Shown here in pieces: positions 1 to 8,305 of a stretch of 56,264 nucleotides of DNA (positions are counted from its first letter, which is position 1; each line of letters starts with the position of its first letter). The position numbers were made by a program, and so were the translations under genes. The notes under the pieces were generated by a model, which did not search any database, had not been told where the DNA came from, and saw only the letters and a list, made by a program, of their open reading frames with translations. Origin of the DNA: Acidimicrobiaceae bacterium (lineage in GTDB: Bacteria > Actinomycetota > Acidimicrobiia > Acidimicrobiales > Ilumatobacteraceae); the NCBI GenBank assembly GCA_947463235.1, contig CANHST010000001.1:1-56264 (forward strand), given 5' to 3'.

Positions 1-540
1 GCTGCTGCTGATCGATGAACCGCCAGCGATCATTCCGGCAATGCTGTTCTCGCTGCTGCCGCTGTCGGTTTCGCTCTCGCACGGCATCAGACATTCGCCT
101 TCGCCCTCGATGTCGCACAGCGTCAGCACCGCCGTCGTGGTCGTCGCCTCGCCGGCGCTCGTGGAGGTGGCACCGGGTGCCACGTAACGGCACCGGTTGG
201 AGGCGAACGACTGGCCCACCGCGTCCCAGTTCATGCCAGGTGTCACGCCAGGGATCGGCGGGATGATGTCGCCCCACACGATCCCGTCGGCCGTTGCTCC
301 CGGGTACCAGACCGGGCCGGTGTGGCTGCTGTGGTCGTTGTTGCCCAGTCCATCAACCGACGACTGCGCAACCACGATGCTCACGTAGGGCACGCTCTCC
401 GACGACGTGGCATGGCAGATGGAGACCTTCGCTGAGTCTTTCGAGGCGCTCGCCGTGCTGTTGCCCAGAGTGAGGCCCGCGTAGGCCATACAACTCCCGG
501 TGATCGCCATCACCAATCCGATTGTCTTGCGGCCAGTCAT
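1..540 (-). CDS. secreted protein with uncharacterised Cys/His motif domain; C-terminus cut by window edge; paralog of 673..1440
   Basis: Manual minus-strand translation from ATG 538-540 gives the signal-like N-terminus MTGRKTIGLVMAITGSCMAYAGLTLGNSTASA. It continues KVSICHATSSESVPY..HSSHTGPVWYPGA..VWGDIIPP..GMNWDAVGQ and stays open to position 1. It is absent from the ORF track because no stop lies in the window. Confidence 0.65.
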   Translation of the reverse strand, partial: MTGRKTIGLVMAITGSCMAYAGLTLGNSTASASKDSAKVSICHATSSESVPYVSIVVAQSSVDGLGNNDHSSHTGPVWYPGATADGIVWGDIIPPIPGVTPGMNWDAVGQSFASNRCRYVAPGATSTSAGEATTTTAVLTLCDIEGEGECLMPCESETDSGSSENSIAGMIAGGSSISSS

Positions 541-609
541 ACCCTGCCCTCATCGCTCGTAGTACCTGATCAGGGTACGAAGCGGCTGGCCGCACGACCA
601 TAGGCCGCA

Positions 610-650
610 CGCCTCATTGAGTCCCGGGACTTGTGGGACCCAATGAGGCG
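610..650 (-). terminator. stem-loop downstream of CDS 673..1440
   Basis: Arms cgcctcattgagtccc (610-625) and gggacccaatgaggcg (635-650) are inverted with 1 mismatch in 16 and a 9-nt loop. The hairpin lies 23 nt past the stop codon on the minus strand. Confidence 0.5.
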
Positions 651-672
651 CTCAGGCCACTAGCTCACGACA

Positions 673-1440
673 TCAACTCTCGCTGGGTCGACGAGCCAGC
701 GTGGTGACCAGCAGACCACTGAGCAGCATGATGATGCCCATCCAGATCAGTGCTCCTGAGCCGGAACCCGTGGAGGGAATCTCGCCGCTGCTGTCGGAGA
801 CCGCAGTGGTGGTGGGCCCGCCAGCGGCAACTGCCGTGGTGGTGGTCGCATCAGTCGTCGCGACCTCCAGAGTGGTGGTCGGGCCTTCGCTGTCAACCGA
901 CGTCGTCGTCGCCTCGGGCTCAGTGACCGGCGGATCCGTGACCGGCGGATCTGTCACCGGCGGATCTGTCACCGGCGGATCAGTGACCGGCGGATCCGTC
1001 ACCGGCGGATCCGTCACCGGAGGGTCAGTGACCGGAGGGTCAGTGACCGGTGGGAGCGTCACCGTGGTGGTGGGCTCGGGCGGCGGGTTGCAGTCATTGT
1101 TGTAGAACGCCTGGCCCTGTTCGGTCCAGTTCAGTCCGTTCGTCACGTCGTCGACCTTGGGGATGATGTCGCCCCAGGTCACGCCCGCTCCCTTGGCCCC
1201 GGGATACCAGATCGGCCCCGTGTGGTGTTCGTGGTCGCTGCCGCCCTCACCGTCGACTGCGTCATGATCGACCGTCAGCATTTGGTACGGAGCGGTTTCG
1301 GACGCGGTGGCGTGGCAGATCGTCACCTTGTGGTGTTCGGACGTCGCCGACGCCGCACCCGGCAACGTCAAGAGGCCTGCGAGCACCAAGGCTCCACCTG
1401 CCATGGATGTGATCAAACCTAAACTTTTACGCCCGTTCAT
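673..1440 (-). CDS. cell-surface protein: signal peptide, Cys/His motif domain, PPVTD x9 stalk, LPXTG-like IPSTG sorting signal plus C-terminal TM
   Basis: Internal ATG at 1438-1440 is preceded by GGAGG. N-terminus [32 protein letters not shown] looks like a signal peptide. Domain motifs are KVTICHATASETAPY..HEHHTGPIWYPGA..TWGDIIP..GLNWTEQGQ. The C-terminus is IPSTGSG, a hydrophobic helix and RRPSES. The upstream part of track ORF 673..1866 overlaps the MidA-like gene in another frame and is rejected. Confidence 0.8.
   Translation of the reverse strand: MNGRKSLGLITSMAGGALVLAGLLTLPGAASATSEHHKVTICHATASETAPYQMLTVDHDAVDGEGGSDHEHHTGPIWYPGAKGAGVTWGDIIPKVDDVTNGLNWTEQGQAFYNNDCNPPPEPTTTVTLPPVTDPPVTDPPVTDPPVTDPPVTDPPVTDPPVTDPPVTDPPVTEPEATTTSVDSEGPTTTLEVATTDATTTTAVAAGGPTTTAVSDSSGEIPSTGSGSGALIWMGIIMLLSGLLVTTLARRPSES
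923..1057. repeat. 15-nt tandem repeat, 9 copies (gtSaccggcggatcN), encoding PPVTD repeats
   Basis: Nine consecutive 15-nt units counted directly from 923 to 1057, with a decayed tenth unit after. The units differ mainly at wobble positions. Confidence 0.9.
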
Positions 1441-1519
1441 GGTCGCCTCCATCACTTGTTGTGGTGAGACTTCATTCTGAGCGTTCTTTTGGGGATCGAC
1501 TAGAGGACTAAAGACCATT

Positions 1520-1550
1520 GCTGCTGCATCGAGCATGGTGATGCTGCAGC
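1520..1550 (-). terminator. stem-loop immediately downstream of the nuo-1/MidA-like operon
   Basis: Arms gctgctgcatc (1520-1530) and gatgctgcagc (1540-1550) are inverted, 11 bp with 1 mismatch, with a 9-nt loop. It lies 5 nt past the stop at 1556 and is followed on the minus strand by a locally AT-richer stretch. Confidence 0.45.
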
Positions 1551-1555
1551 CAGGT

Positions 1556-2572
1556 TCAGATGCGCCACTCCATGGCGAGAAATGCCCCGACACCCGATGG
1601 ATCCGAGAGGCTTTCCGCCTCTCGAACGCGGCTGCGCATGCGCAGTGCGTGCACATTCGGGCGCGCCGCCTGCTCGTTCCAGACCGCGATCCCCTCCTCC
1701 ACCAGTTCGGCCATGCCCCATCGCTGCAGGAACTGCGCCTGTGAGCGAACCACCGTCGCCTCGGGTAGCTGATCCAGGCAGACCTGCGTGGTGATGTCCT
1801 GGCTGCCGGGCTGGCGGAGGTAGTGCTCGCCACGCTCGTGGCCGCGATAGGTGCGCAACCATTCACGCCACGGCACGGCCGACAACATGGCAGTGCGAGC
1901 GGTGCAGTAGTCGAAGGCCAGCACTGAACCGGCTTGCAGGGCGGATCGTGCGGCCGTCACCCACGCCGATGCGGCGTGCTGGACCGGTACTCGAGCCCCA
2001 TGTGGCGCATGCCCGGGGAGCCACTGCCACTCAGGCGGCGCAGACACGAGCACCTCGCTCAGAGTGCCATCGCTCGCCACGGCCACCAAGGCCTCGCGCC
2101 AGCCTCCATCGAACACGGCCAGGCGGAAGGGAAGGTTGTCGAGCAACTCGTTGGCGATCACCACACCAACGAACGGGCTCGCCGGCATCGAGTCCGTGGA
2201 CGTCACACCCTCTGGATGCCGCCCTCGTTGCGCCGCCGACAGCTCGACCGCAACGTACCTGCCATGCCATTGCGGTGCATGCGTGAGCACGGCACGCGCC
2301 AGTGTGCCAGGGCCGGCACCAACCTCGACGATCGTGAAGTTGTCCGGGCGGCCAAGGCGTTCGAACTCCGCATCGATCCAGCGCGAAATCACCGCGCCGA
2401 ACAATGGCCCCACTTCCGGTGACGTGATGAAGTCGCCACGACGACCCGCCTGGCCGCCAACGGTGTAGAAGCCGTGGATGCCGTAGAGCGCAATGGAGAG
2501 ATACTCGTCGAACTGCAGCGGTCGACCCAGCGTGTGCTGGGTGGCAGCCAGTTCGTCAGCGGCCGAATGCAC
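1556..2572 (-). CDS. SAM-dependent methyltransferase, DUF185 / NDUFAF7 (MidA)-like complex I arginine methyltransferase homolog
   Basis: 338 aa. Contains GDFITSPEVGPLFG, the hallmark of NDUFAF7/MidA proteins, and the SAM-binding IVEVGAGPGTLA. The GTG start at 2572 overlaps the nuoN-1 3' end (stop 2556-2558) by 17 nt. Confidence 0.8.
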   Translation of the reverse strand: MHSAADELAATQHTLGRPLQFDEYLSIALYGIHGFYTVGGQAGRRGDFITSPEVGPLFGAVISRWIDAEFERLGRPDNFTIVEVGAGPGTLARAVLTHAPQWHGRYVAVELSAAQRGRHPEGVTSTDSMPASPFVGVVIANELLDNLPFRLAVFDGGWREALVAVASDGTLSEVLVSAPPEWQWLPGHAPHGARVPVQHAASAWVTAARSALQAGSVLAFDYCTARTAMLSAVPWREWLRTYRGHERGEHYLRQPGSQDITTQVCLDQLPEATVVRSQAQFLQRWGMAELVEEGIAVWNEQAARPNVHALRMRSRVREAESLSDPSGVGAFLAMEWRI

Positions 2573-4079
2573 CGGCCAGGTCGCTGAGGTTGCCGACCTT
2601 CGACACGAGGCCCGGCAGCACGCCGAAGAGCACCGTGCAGATGCCGGTGATGGCCAACGCAGCCATGACAGGAGCCTTCACCTTGATGGGCGTGACGTCG
2701 CCATCGGGCACCGGCTTCATCCACATTTCGCGCATGACCATGATGTAGTAGGCCGTGGCGATGACGGCATTGATCGCGGCGATGACCGCAATGCTGTAGC
2801 CCCATCCGCCGCCTGCGTCGACCACGGCGCGGAACGCACCGAACTTGGCGTACCAACCGCCGAGCGGCGGGATGCCAGCCAGCGAGGCGAGGAAGATCGT
2901 CATCATCGTGGCCAAACCCGGCGCATAGCTGAAGAGTCCGCCGAAGCTGCTGATCTCGCCGCTGCGGGTCTTGCGCGAGACGGCCAAGATCACGGCGAAG
3001 GCGCCGAGGTTCGTGGCGGCATAGATGATGACGTAGGTGACGACGGCGCGAAGTGCCGGGCCAGCGGCATCGCCGGTGCCAGCCATGGCGAGCGGCATCA
3101 GAATGAAGCCGCCCTGGCTGATGCTGGAGTAGGCCAGCAGTCGCACCATGTTCTTCTGCTTCAGCGCCACGAGGTTGCCGAACGTCATCGTCAGTGCAGC
3201 CAGCACCCACAGGAACGGCCGGTACACGTCGCTCGCTGCAGGGAAGGTGAGATAGACGAGCGCGATGATGCCCACGAAGCCAGCCGCCTTCGACGCCACG
3301 CTCAGGAACGCGGTGACCGGAGTGGGGGCACCCTCATAGGTGTCGGGCGCCCAGGTGTGGAACGGCACGGCGCTGATCTTGAAGGCGAAGCCGATGAGCA
3401 CGAACGCAACAGCAACCACCTGCACACCGACCTTGTCGCCGGTGAGCGTGATGACCTTGCCGATCTCGGTGAGCTTGGTGCTGCCAGCGAGGCCGTACAG
3501 CAGGCTCATGCCGTAGAGCAGCACCGCACTGGCGAACACGCCGAGCAGGTAGTACTTCACACCCGCTTCGTTGCTCTTTCGATCTCGCTTCCGCCAGGCC
3601 GCCATCATGTACGCGGGGATGGAGAGGAACTCCAGGGCCACGAAGATGCTCACCAGGTCGCGGCTCGATGCCAGCATCACCATGCCGAGCACGCTGCTGA
3701 GCAGCAGCACGTAGTACTCGCCCTGGTAGTAGCCGCCCTCCTCGAGTTCGTTCGTGCTGAGCAACACCACCACGTAGCCGGCCAACAGGAACAACGCCTT
3801 GAGGATGAGGCTGAAGTTGTCGACCATGTAGCGGCCATCGCCGAGCGCGTCACGCACATCGCTGCCCGTCACGGCCAGCGTGACGATCGGCAACACGGAG
3901 CCCAGCATGAAGAAGCCTGCGAGGGTGCCCGTGATCCAGCGCCGGTGCTCGGGGACGAAGAGGTCGACGAGCAACACCACGCAGATGCCGGCGGCGAGCA
4001 CGAGCTCGGGCGCGACTGCGTGATAGTCAACCTTCGGGGCCGTGAAGTCGCCCACTGCGGCGAGGATGGAACCGAGCAT
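2556..4079 (-). CDS. nuoN: NADH-quinone oxidoreductase subunit N (11-subunit operon)
   Basis: 507-aa polytopic antiporter-like protein in the last position of a nuo gene string. Typical NuoN motifs present (FHTWAPDTYEGAPTPVTAF). Confidence 0.92.
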   Translation of the reverse strand: MLGSILAAVGDFTAPKVDYHAVAPELVLAAGICVVLLVDLFVPEHRRWITGTLAGFFMLGSVLPIVTLAVTGSDVRDALGDGRYMVDNFSLILKALFLLAGYVVVLLSTNELEEGGYYQGEYYVLLLSSVLGMVMLASSRDLVSIFVALEFLSIPAYMMAAWRKRDRKSNEAGVKYYLLGVFASAVLLYGMSLLYGLAGSTKLTEIGKVITLTGDKVGVQVVAVAFVLIGFAFKISAVPFHTWAPDTYEGAPTPVTAFLSVASKAAGFVGIIALVYLTFPAASDVYRPFLWVLAALTMTFGNLVALKQKNMVRLLAYSSISQGGFILMPLAMAGTGDAAGPALRAVVTYVIIYAATNLGAFAVILAVSRKTRSGEISSFGGLFSYAPGLATMMTIFLASLAGIPPLGGWYAKFGAFRAVVDAGGGWGYSIAVIAAINAVIATAYYIMVMREMWMKPVPDGDVTPIKVKAPVMAALAITGICTVLFGVLPGLVSKVGNLSDLAGAFGR

Positions 4080-4083
4080 CAGG

Positions 4084-5754
4084 TCACTTCCCGCCGAAGA
4101 CCTTGACGAGCTCGACGACGCCCGGATCGAACAGCTTGAACATCAGCTGCGGCAGCACGCCGAAGACCACGATGGCGATCAACAGCGGCGTCCAGGCGAT
4201 CCATTCGAACTTGTTCACGTCGTGGAGCAGTTCGTGACCACCCTCGCCGTGAGCGTCGTCGCCATGGGCATCGGCGCCGTGCGCGTCGTGGCCGTGCGCG
4301 TCGTGGCCGTGGTCGCCATCGGCGCCGAGACCGGCGAACTCCGCAGTGGGGTTGCCGAACGCAGTGCGCTGGTAGAGCCACAGCAGGTAGCCGGCTGCCA
4401 GCACGGTGCCGAGTGCAGCGATGACGGTGAGCCAGCGGAACAGCGAGAGGCTCAGGCCGCCATACGGCAGACCCTCACCGTGCAGCGGGTTCCACGAGCT
4501 GAGAATGGCCGGGAACTCGCCCCAGAAACCAGCGAGGCCGGGAAGACCGAGCGACGCCATGGCGCACATACCGAGGATCCAGCCGAGCTTCGGCACCTGC
4601 TGCAGCAGACCGCTGAGGCGCTTGATCTCCAGCGTGTGGTATCGCTCCTTCACCGACCCGGCGATGAAGAAGAGCATGCCGGTGATGAGGCCGTGCGCCA
4701 CCATGCCGAACAGGGCCGCATTGATGCCCAGCGGGGTGAGCGTGGCGATGCCGAGCATCACGAAACCCATGTGGGCAACCGAAGAGAACGCAATGAGACG
4801 CTTCATGTCGGTCTGGGCCAAGCACCCCAGTGCGCCGTAGATGATGCCGATGACGGCGAGAATCCCGATGACCGGCGCCCACTTCGTGGCGGCCTGCGGC
4901 AGGAACGGGATGGCGATGCGCACGAAGCCATAGGTGCCGAGCTTCAGCAAAATGGCGGCCAGGATGACCGAGCCCTGCGTCGGCGCCTGCGTGTGGGCGT
5001 CGGGCAGCCAGGTGTGGAACGGGAACATCGGCACCTTCACGGCGAAGCCGATGAACATGCCGGCGAAGATCCAGATGGCCGTGTTCTTCGACACGTCGGC
5101 GCCGTTCTCGAGGAACCACTTGAAGCTGAAGTTGGCGGCCTCGGGGTCGGCGGCGTGGCTACGGGTGACGACGAACAGTGCGATGAACGACACGAGCATG
5201 AGCGCCGAACCGAACATCGTGTAGAGGAAGAACTTCAGCGATGCGTACTGGCGGTTCTCGCCACCCCACACACCGATCATGAAGTACATCGGCAGCAGCA
5301 CCACTTCGAAGAACACGAAGAACAGGATGAGGTCCTGCGCCACGAAGGTGCCCGCCATACCCGTCTGGAGCACCAGCATGAGGATGAAGAACGCCTTCGG
5401 GTTGCCGGGCGACGGCACGTGGTCCCAGGAGTAGATCATCACGAGCAGGGTGATGATCATCGAGAGCACATACAGCGGCAGGCTGATGCCATCGAGGCCG
5501 ATGGTGTACGTGGCCTTGATGGGCGTGATCCAGTTGTTCGTGGTGAAGAACTGGAGCGACCCAGCCTTGCCGTAGTCGAACTGGGTCATGGTGTAGATGC
5601 CCACCAGGAGCGTCGCCGCTGCGGTGAGGATGGCCACACCCTTCACCGTCGACTCGTCGCTCTTGGGGATGAACAGCATCACCAGGACACCAGCCAACGG
5701 CAAGAAGACACCGAGGCTGAGTAGCCACTGTTGGTTCTGAAGTACGTCGTGCAT
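4084..5754 (-). CDS. nuoM: NADH-quinone oxidoreductase subunit M, with C-terminal His/Asp-rich insert
   Basis: Start trimmed to ATG 5752-5754 (MHDVLQNQQWLLSLGVFLPLAG), 8 nt after the nuoL stop. Motif FHTWLPDAHTQAPTQGSVILA. The upstream track extension overlaps nuoL. Confidence 0.92.
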   Translation of the reverse strand: MHDVLQNQQWLLSLGVFLPLAGVLVMLFIPKSDESTVKGVAILTAAATLLVGIYTMTQFDYGKAGSLQFFTTNNWITPIKATYTIGLDGISLPLYVLSMIITLLVMIYSWDHVPSPGNPKAFFILMLVLQTGMAGTFVAQDLILFFVFFEVVLLPMYFMIGVWGGENRQYASLKFFLYTMFGSALMLVSFIALFVVTRSHAADPEAANFSFKWFLENGADVSKNTAIWIFAGMFIGFAVKVPMFPFHTWLPDAHTQAPTQGSVILAAILLKLGTYGFVRIAIPFLPQAATKWAPVIGILAVIGIIYGALGCLAQTDMKRLIAFSSVAHMGFVMLGIATLTPLGINAALFGMVAHGLITGMLFFIAGSVKERYHTLEIKRLSGLLQQVPKLGWILGMCAMASLGLPGLAGFWGEFPAILSSWNPLHGEGLPYGGLSLSLFRWLTVIAALGTVLAAGYLLWLYQRTAFGNPTAEFAGLGADGDHGHDAHGHDAHGADAHGDDAHGEGGHELLHDVNKFEWIAWTPLLIAIVVFGVLPQLMFKLFDPGVVELVKVFGGK

Positions 5755-5762
5755 GGATCCCT

Positions 5763-7985
5763 CTAGCTGTTGACGAGTACGAGTACGAGCGCACCGACTG
5801 CTGCGGCACCGAACAGCAGCGCTCCGTACATGCTGACCTTGCCTGATTGCACCGGTTGCAGCGCGCCACCGGCGCCGCGTGCGGTTGCACCACTTCCATT
5901 CACCACACCATCGACCACGCGTTGGTCGACGTTGCGGTACATCCACTCACCCGTGCGTCGGCCAGTGATGCCGACACCGTTCACCACGCCGTCGAGGACG
6001 TTCTGGTTGACCCAGTACGCCGCCTTGGCGATCGGATGAGCGATGGCCTTCACGATGACGCCCTCATAGAGCGCATCGAGGTAGTACTTGTTCACCAAGA
6101 ACTTGTGGCCGGCACCCAGCAGCGCGTTGCGCTCGGTGAGGCCCTTGAACGGCGACTTCTCGTCGTTGAAGAAGACCTTCTTGCTGAGGAACAGGCTGAC
6201 GGCGAAACCTGCGAGCACCAACACCACGCTGGGCAACGCATTCACCCATTCGAACGTCGGCGGCTCGGGAATGCCGCCTTCGCCGAGGGGCAGACCGATG
6301 GAGCTCTCGAGCCAGTGTTCGAACGAATGCCAGTGGAACGGTGCGGCATTCAGATAGCCGGACACCAACGCCAGGAAGCTGAGCAGGATGAGCGGCGCCG
6401 TGATCTGCCACGGCGAATCGTCGGGGGCGAACGGCAGCGGCTTGCCGTGGTTCAGCGGCGCATGGTGGTCGTCGTGCGCCGGGTGGGCGTGCGTGTCGTG
6501 ACCATCGATGTCGTGGTGCACTTCATCGGCGGCTTCGTCGTGGCTGTGGTCTTCGTGACCGTCCACGAAGTGCGCAGCACCGCCGCGGGCCTTGCCGAAG
6601 AACGTGAGGTAGGTGGCCCGGGTCATGTACGCAGTGGTCATGAACGCACCGATGAGACCGACGATCCAGAACACCGTGTAGTCGTTCGCATGGGCCGAGT
6701 CGATGATCTCGTCCTTGGAGAAGAAGCCGCTGAAGAACGGCACACCGCACAGGGCGGCCGTGCTGATCACCCAGGTGACGAACGTGACCGGCATCTTCTT
6801 GCGCAGGCCACCCATGTCGGTCTTCATGTCGAAGCTGTGGTGCGAGCCGGTGTGCGCAATGGAACCGGCGCAAAGGAACAAGCAGCACTTGAAGAATGCG
6901 TGCGTGAAGATGTGGAACACGGCGGGCATCCAGGCACCCACGCCGAGGCCCATCATCATGTAGCCCAACTGGCTCACCGTGGAGTACGCCAGCACCTTCT
7001 TGATGTCGTTCTGCACGAACGCCAGGCCGGCGGCGATCAGGATGGTGATGCCACCGATGACGGCGATGAAGTTGAAGTGGTGCCCGGCGACGTTGATGTC
7101 GAGGCCGATGTGGAACACCGGGTAGATACGGGCCACCAGGAACACACCGGCCACCACCATCGTGCTGGAGTGCAGCAGCGACGACACCGGCGTAGGGCCG
7201 GCCATTGCGTCGGGGAGCCAGGTGTGCAGCGGGAACTGACCGCTCTTGCCGATCGCTGCAATGAACAACGCGATCGCCGTCCACATGAGCATCGACTTGC
7301 TGTCGAACTCGCCGGCAGCAGCCATTGCATTGATGCCGTGCTCGCCGCCGATGTCGAGCGTGCCGAACACGGCCAACAGCATCGCAGTACCGACCAGCAA
7401 GCCCATATCGCCGGTGCGCACCGTGAAAAACGCCTTCAGGGCTGCACGAGCGTTGGCCTCTTCCTCCCACCAGTGACCGATGAGCATGAACGAGCAGAGG
7501 CCCATGATCTCCCAGCCGAGCACGAACTGCACCATGTTCGGTGCGAGCACCATGGTGAGCATGCCGGCGGAGAACAGCGTGAGGCTGGCGAAGAAGTGGG
7601 TGTAGCGACGATCGCCGCGCACGTACTCGGTGGAGTAGATCTGCACCAGCGTGCTGATGAAGGCCACGAGCACCAGTGCCATCACGGCGAGGCCGTCGAT
7701 GTGCTGGCCGATGGCAAACTTCAACGGGCCGCTGGACCACCAGGTGAGGGTCTTGTCGATGGCCTCTTCGCTGTGATGGGTCCACTGGGTCCATTGATAT
7801 GTGGTGCCGGCGGCGATGACGAACGAGGCGAACATCGCGGCGATGCCGATCTCGCTGCCACCTCGGGGCATCTTCTTACCGAAGAAGATGATGAGGAAGA
7901 ACGCAACGGCCGGGATGACCGGAATGAGCCACGCGTGCTCGAGGAACCAGCCCACTGCGTGCGTTGCCTCTGCTTCAGCGAACAT
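5763..7985 (-). CDS. nuoL: NADH-quinone oxidoreductase subunit L (long form, 740 aa, His/Asp-rich insert)
   Basis: Motifs LHTWLPDAMAGPTPVSSLLHSSTMV and antiporter-like TM repeats, followed by a C-terminal lateral-helix region. Sits between nuoK and nuoM. Confidence 0.93.
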   Translation of the reverse strand: MFAEAEATHAVGWFLEHAWLIPVIPAVAFFLIIFFGKKMPRGGSEIGIAAMFASFVIAAGTTYQWTQWTHHSEEAIDKTLTWWSSGPLKFAIGQHIDGLAVMALVLVAFISTLVQIYSTEYVRGDRRYTHFFASLTLFSAGMLTMVLAPNMVQFVLGWEIMGLCSFMLIGHWWEEEANARAALKAFFTVRTGDMGLLVGTAMLLAVFGTLDIGGEHGINAMAAAGEFDSKSMLMWTAIALFIAAIGKSGQFPLHTWLPDAMAGPTPVSSLLHSSTMVVAGVFLVARIYPVFHIGLDINVAGHHFNFIAVIGGITILIAAGLAFVQNDIKKVLAYSTVSQLGYMMMGLGVGAWMPAVFHIFTHAFFKCCLFLCAGSIAHTGSHHSFDMKTDMGGLRKKMPVTFVTWVISTAALCGVPFFSGFFSKDEIIDSAHANDYTVFWIVGLIGAFMTTAYMTRATYLTFFGKARGGAAHFVDGHEDHSHDEAADEVHHDIDGHDTHAHPAHDDHHAPLNHGKPLPFAPDDSPWQITAPLILLSFLALVSGYLNAAPFHWHSFEHWLESSIGLPLGEGGIPEPPTFEWVNALPSVVLVLAGFAVSLFLSKKVFFNDEKSPFKGLTERNALLGAGHKFLVNKYYLDALYEGVIVKAIAHPIAKAAYWVNQNVLDGVVNGVGITGRRTGEWMYRNVDQRVVDGVVNGSGATARGAGGALQPVQSGKVSMYGALLFGAAAVGALVLVLVNS

Positions 7986-7988
7986 GCG

Positions 7989-8288
7989 TCAGCCCTTCAT
8001 TTCCGACAGGTCGTCGAGCGAGATGTTCTTGCGGTTGCGGAAGATCAGCAGCACCATCGCAAGACCCACGCCCACCTCGGCGGCAGCAACCGCAATGATG
8101 AACAGAGCGAAGACGTTGCCGTCGCTGTTGCCCGTCATGGCGTCGAAGGCCAAGAGGTTGATGTTCACCGAGTTGAGGATCAACTCGATGCTGAGGAGCA
8201 CCATCACGGCGTTCTTGCGCGTGAGGACCCCGTAGACGCCCATGCAGAACAGCAGCGCGCCGAGAATGAGGAACTGGTTGAGCAACAT
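7989..8288 (-). CDS. nuoK: NADH-quinone oxidoreductase subunit K
   Basis: 99 aa starting at internal ATG 8286-8288: MLLNQFLILGALLFCMGVYGVLTRKN..AAAEVGVGLA. The rest of track ORF 7989..8981 overlaps nuoJ out of frame. Confidence 0.92.
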   Translation of the reverse strand: MLLNQFLILGALLFCMGVYGVLTRKNAVMVLLSIELILNSVNINLLAFDAMTGNSDGNVFALFIIAVAAAEVGVGLAMVLLIFRNRKNISLDDLSEMKG

Positions 8289-8305
8289 TCGGTGTTCCTT
8301 CCCCG

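Noticed and set aside
673-1866. N-terminal extensions of track ORFs: 673..1866, 4084..5946, 7989..8981, 8306..9022, 12224..12979, 32484..34130, 34492..35913, 46018..48813.
   Set aside because: The extensions overlap the preceding gene in another frame and translate to Arg/Pro-rich nonsense. Internal starts give canonical N-termini and ATGA/GTGA coupling or a Shine-Dalgarno sequence.
2493-4106. Long antisense ORFs opposite real genes. Examples: 2493..4106 (+), 4042..5724 (+), 5847..8492 (+), 9432..10568 (+), 15589..17880 (+), 18021..19880 (+), 25532..27139 (+), 46462..49170 (-).
   Set aside because: Their translations are Arg/His/Asp/Gly-rich with no motifs. They lie exactly opposite genes with unmistakable family signatures. 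Long stop-free antisense frames are expected at this GC content.
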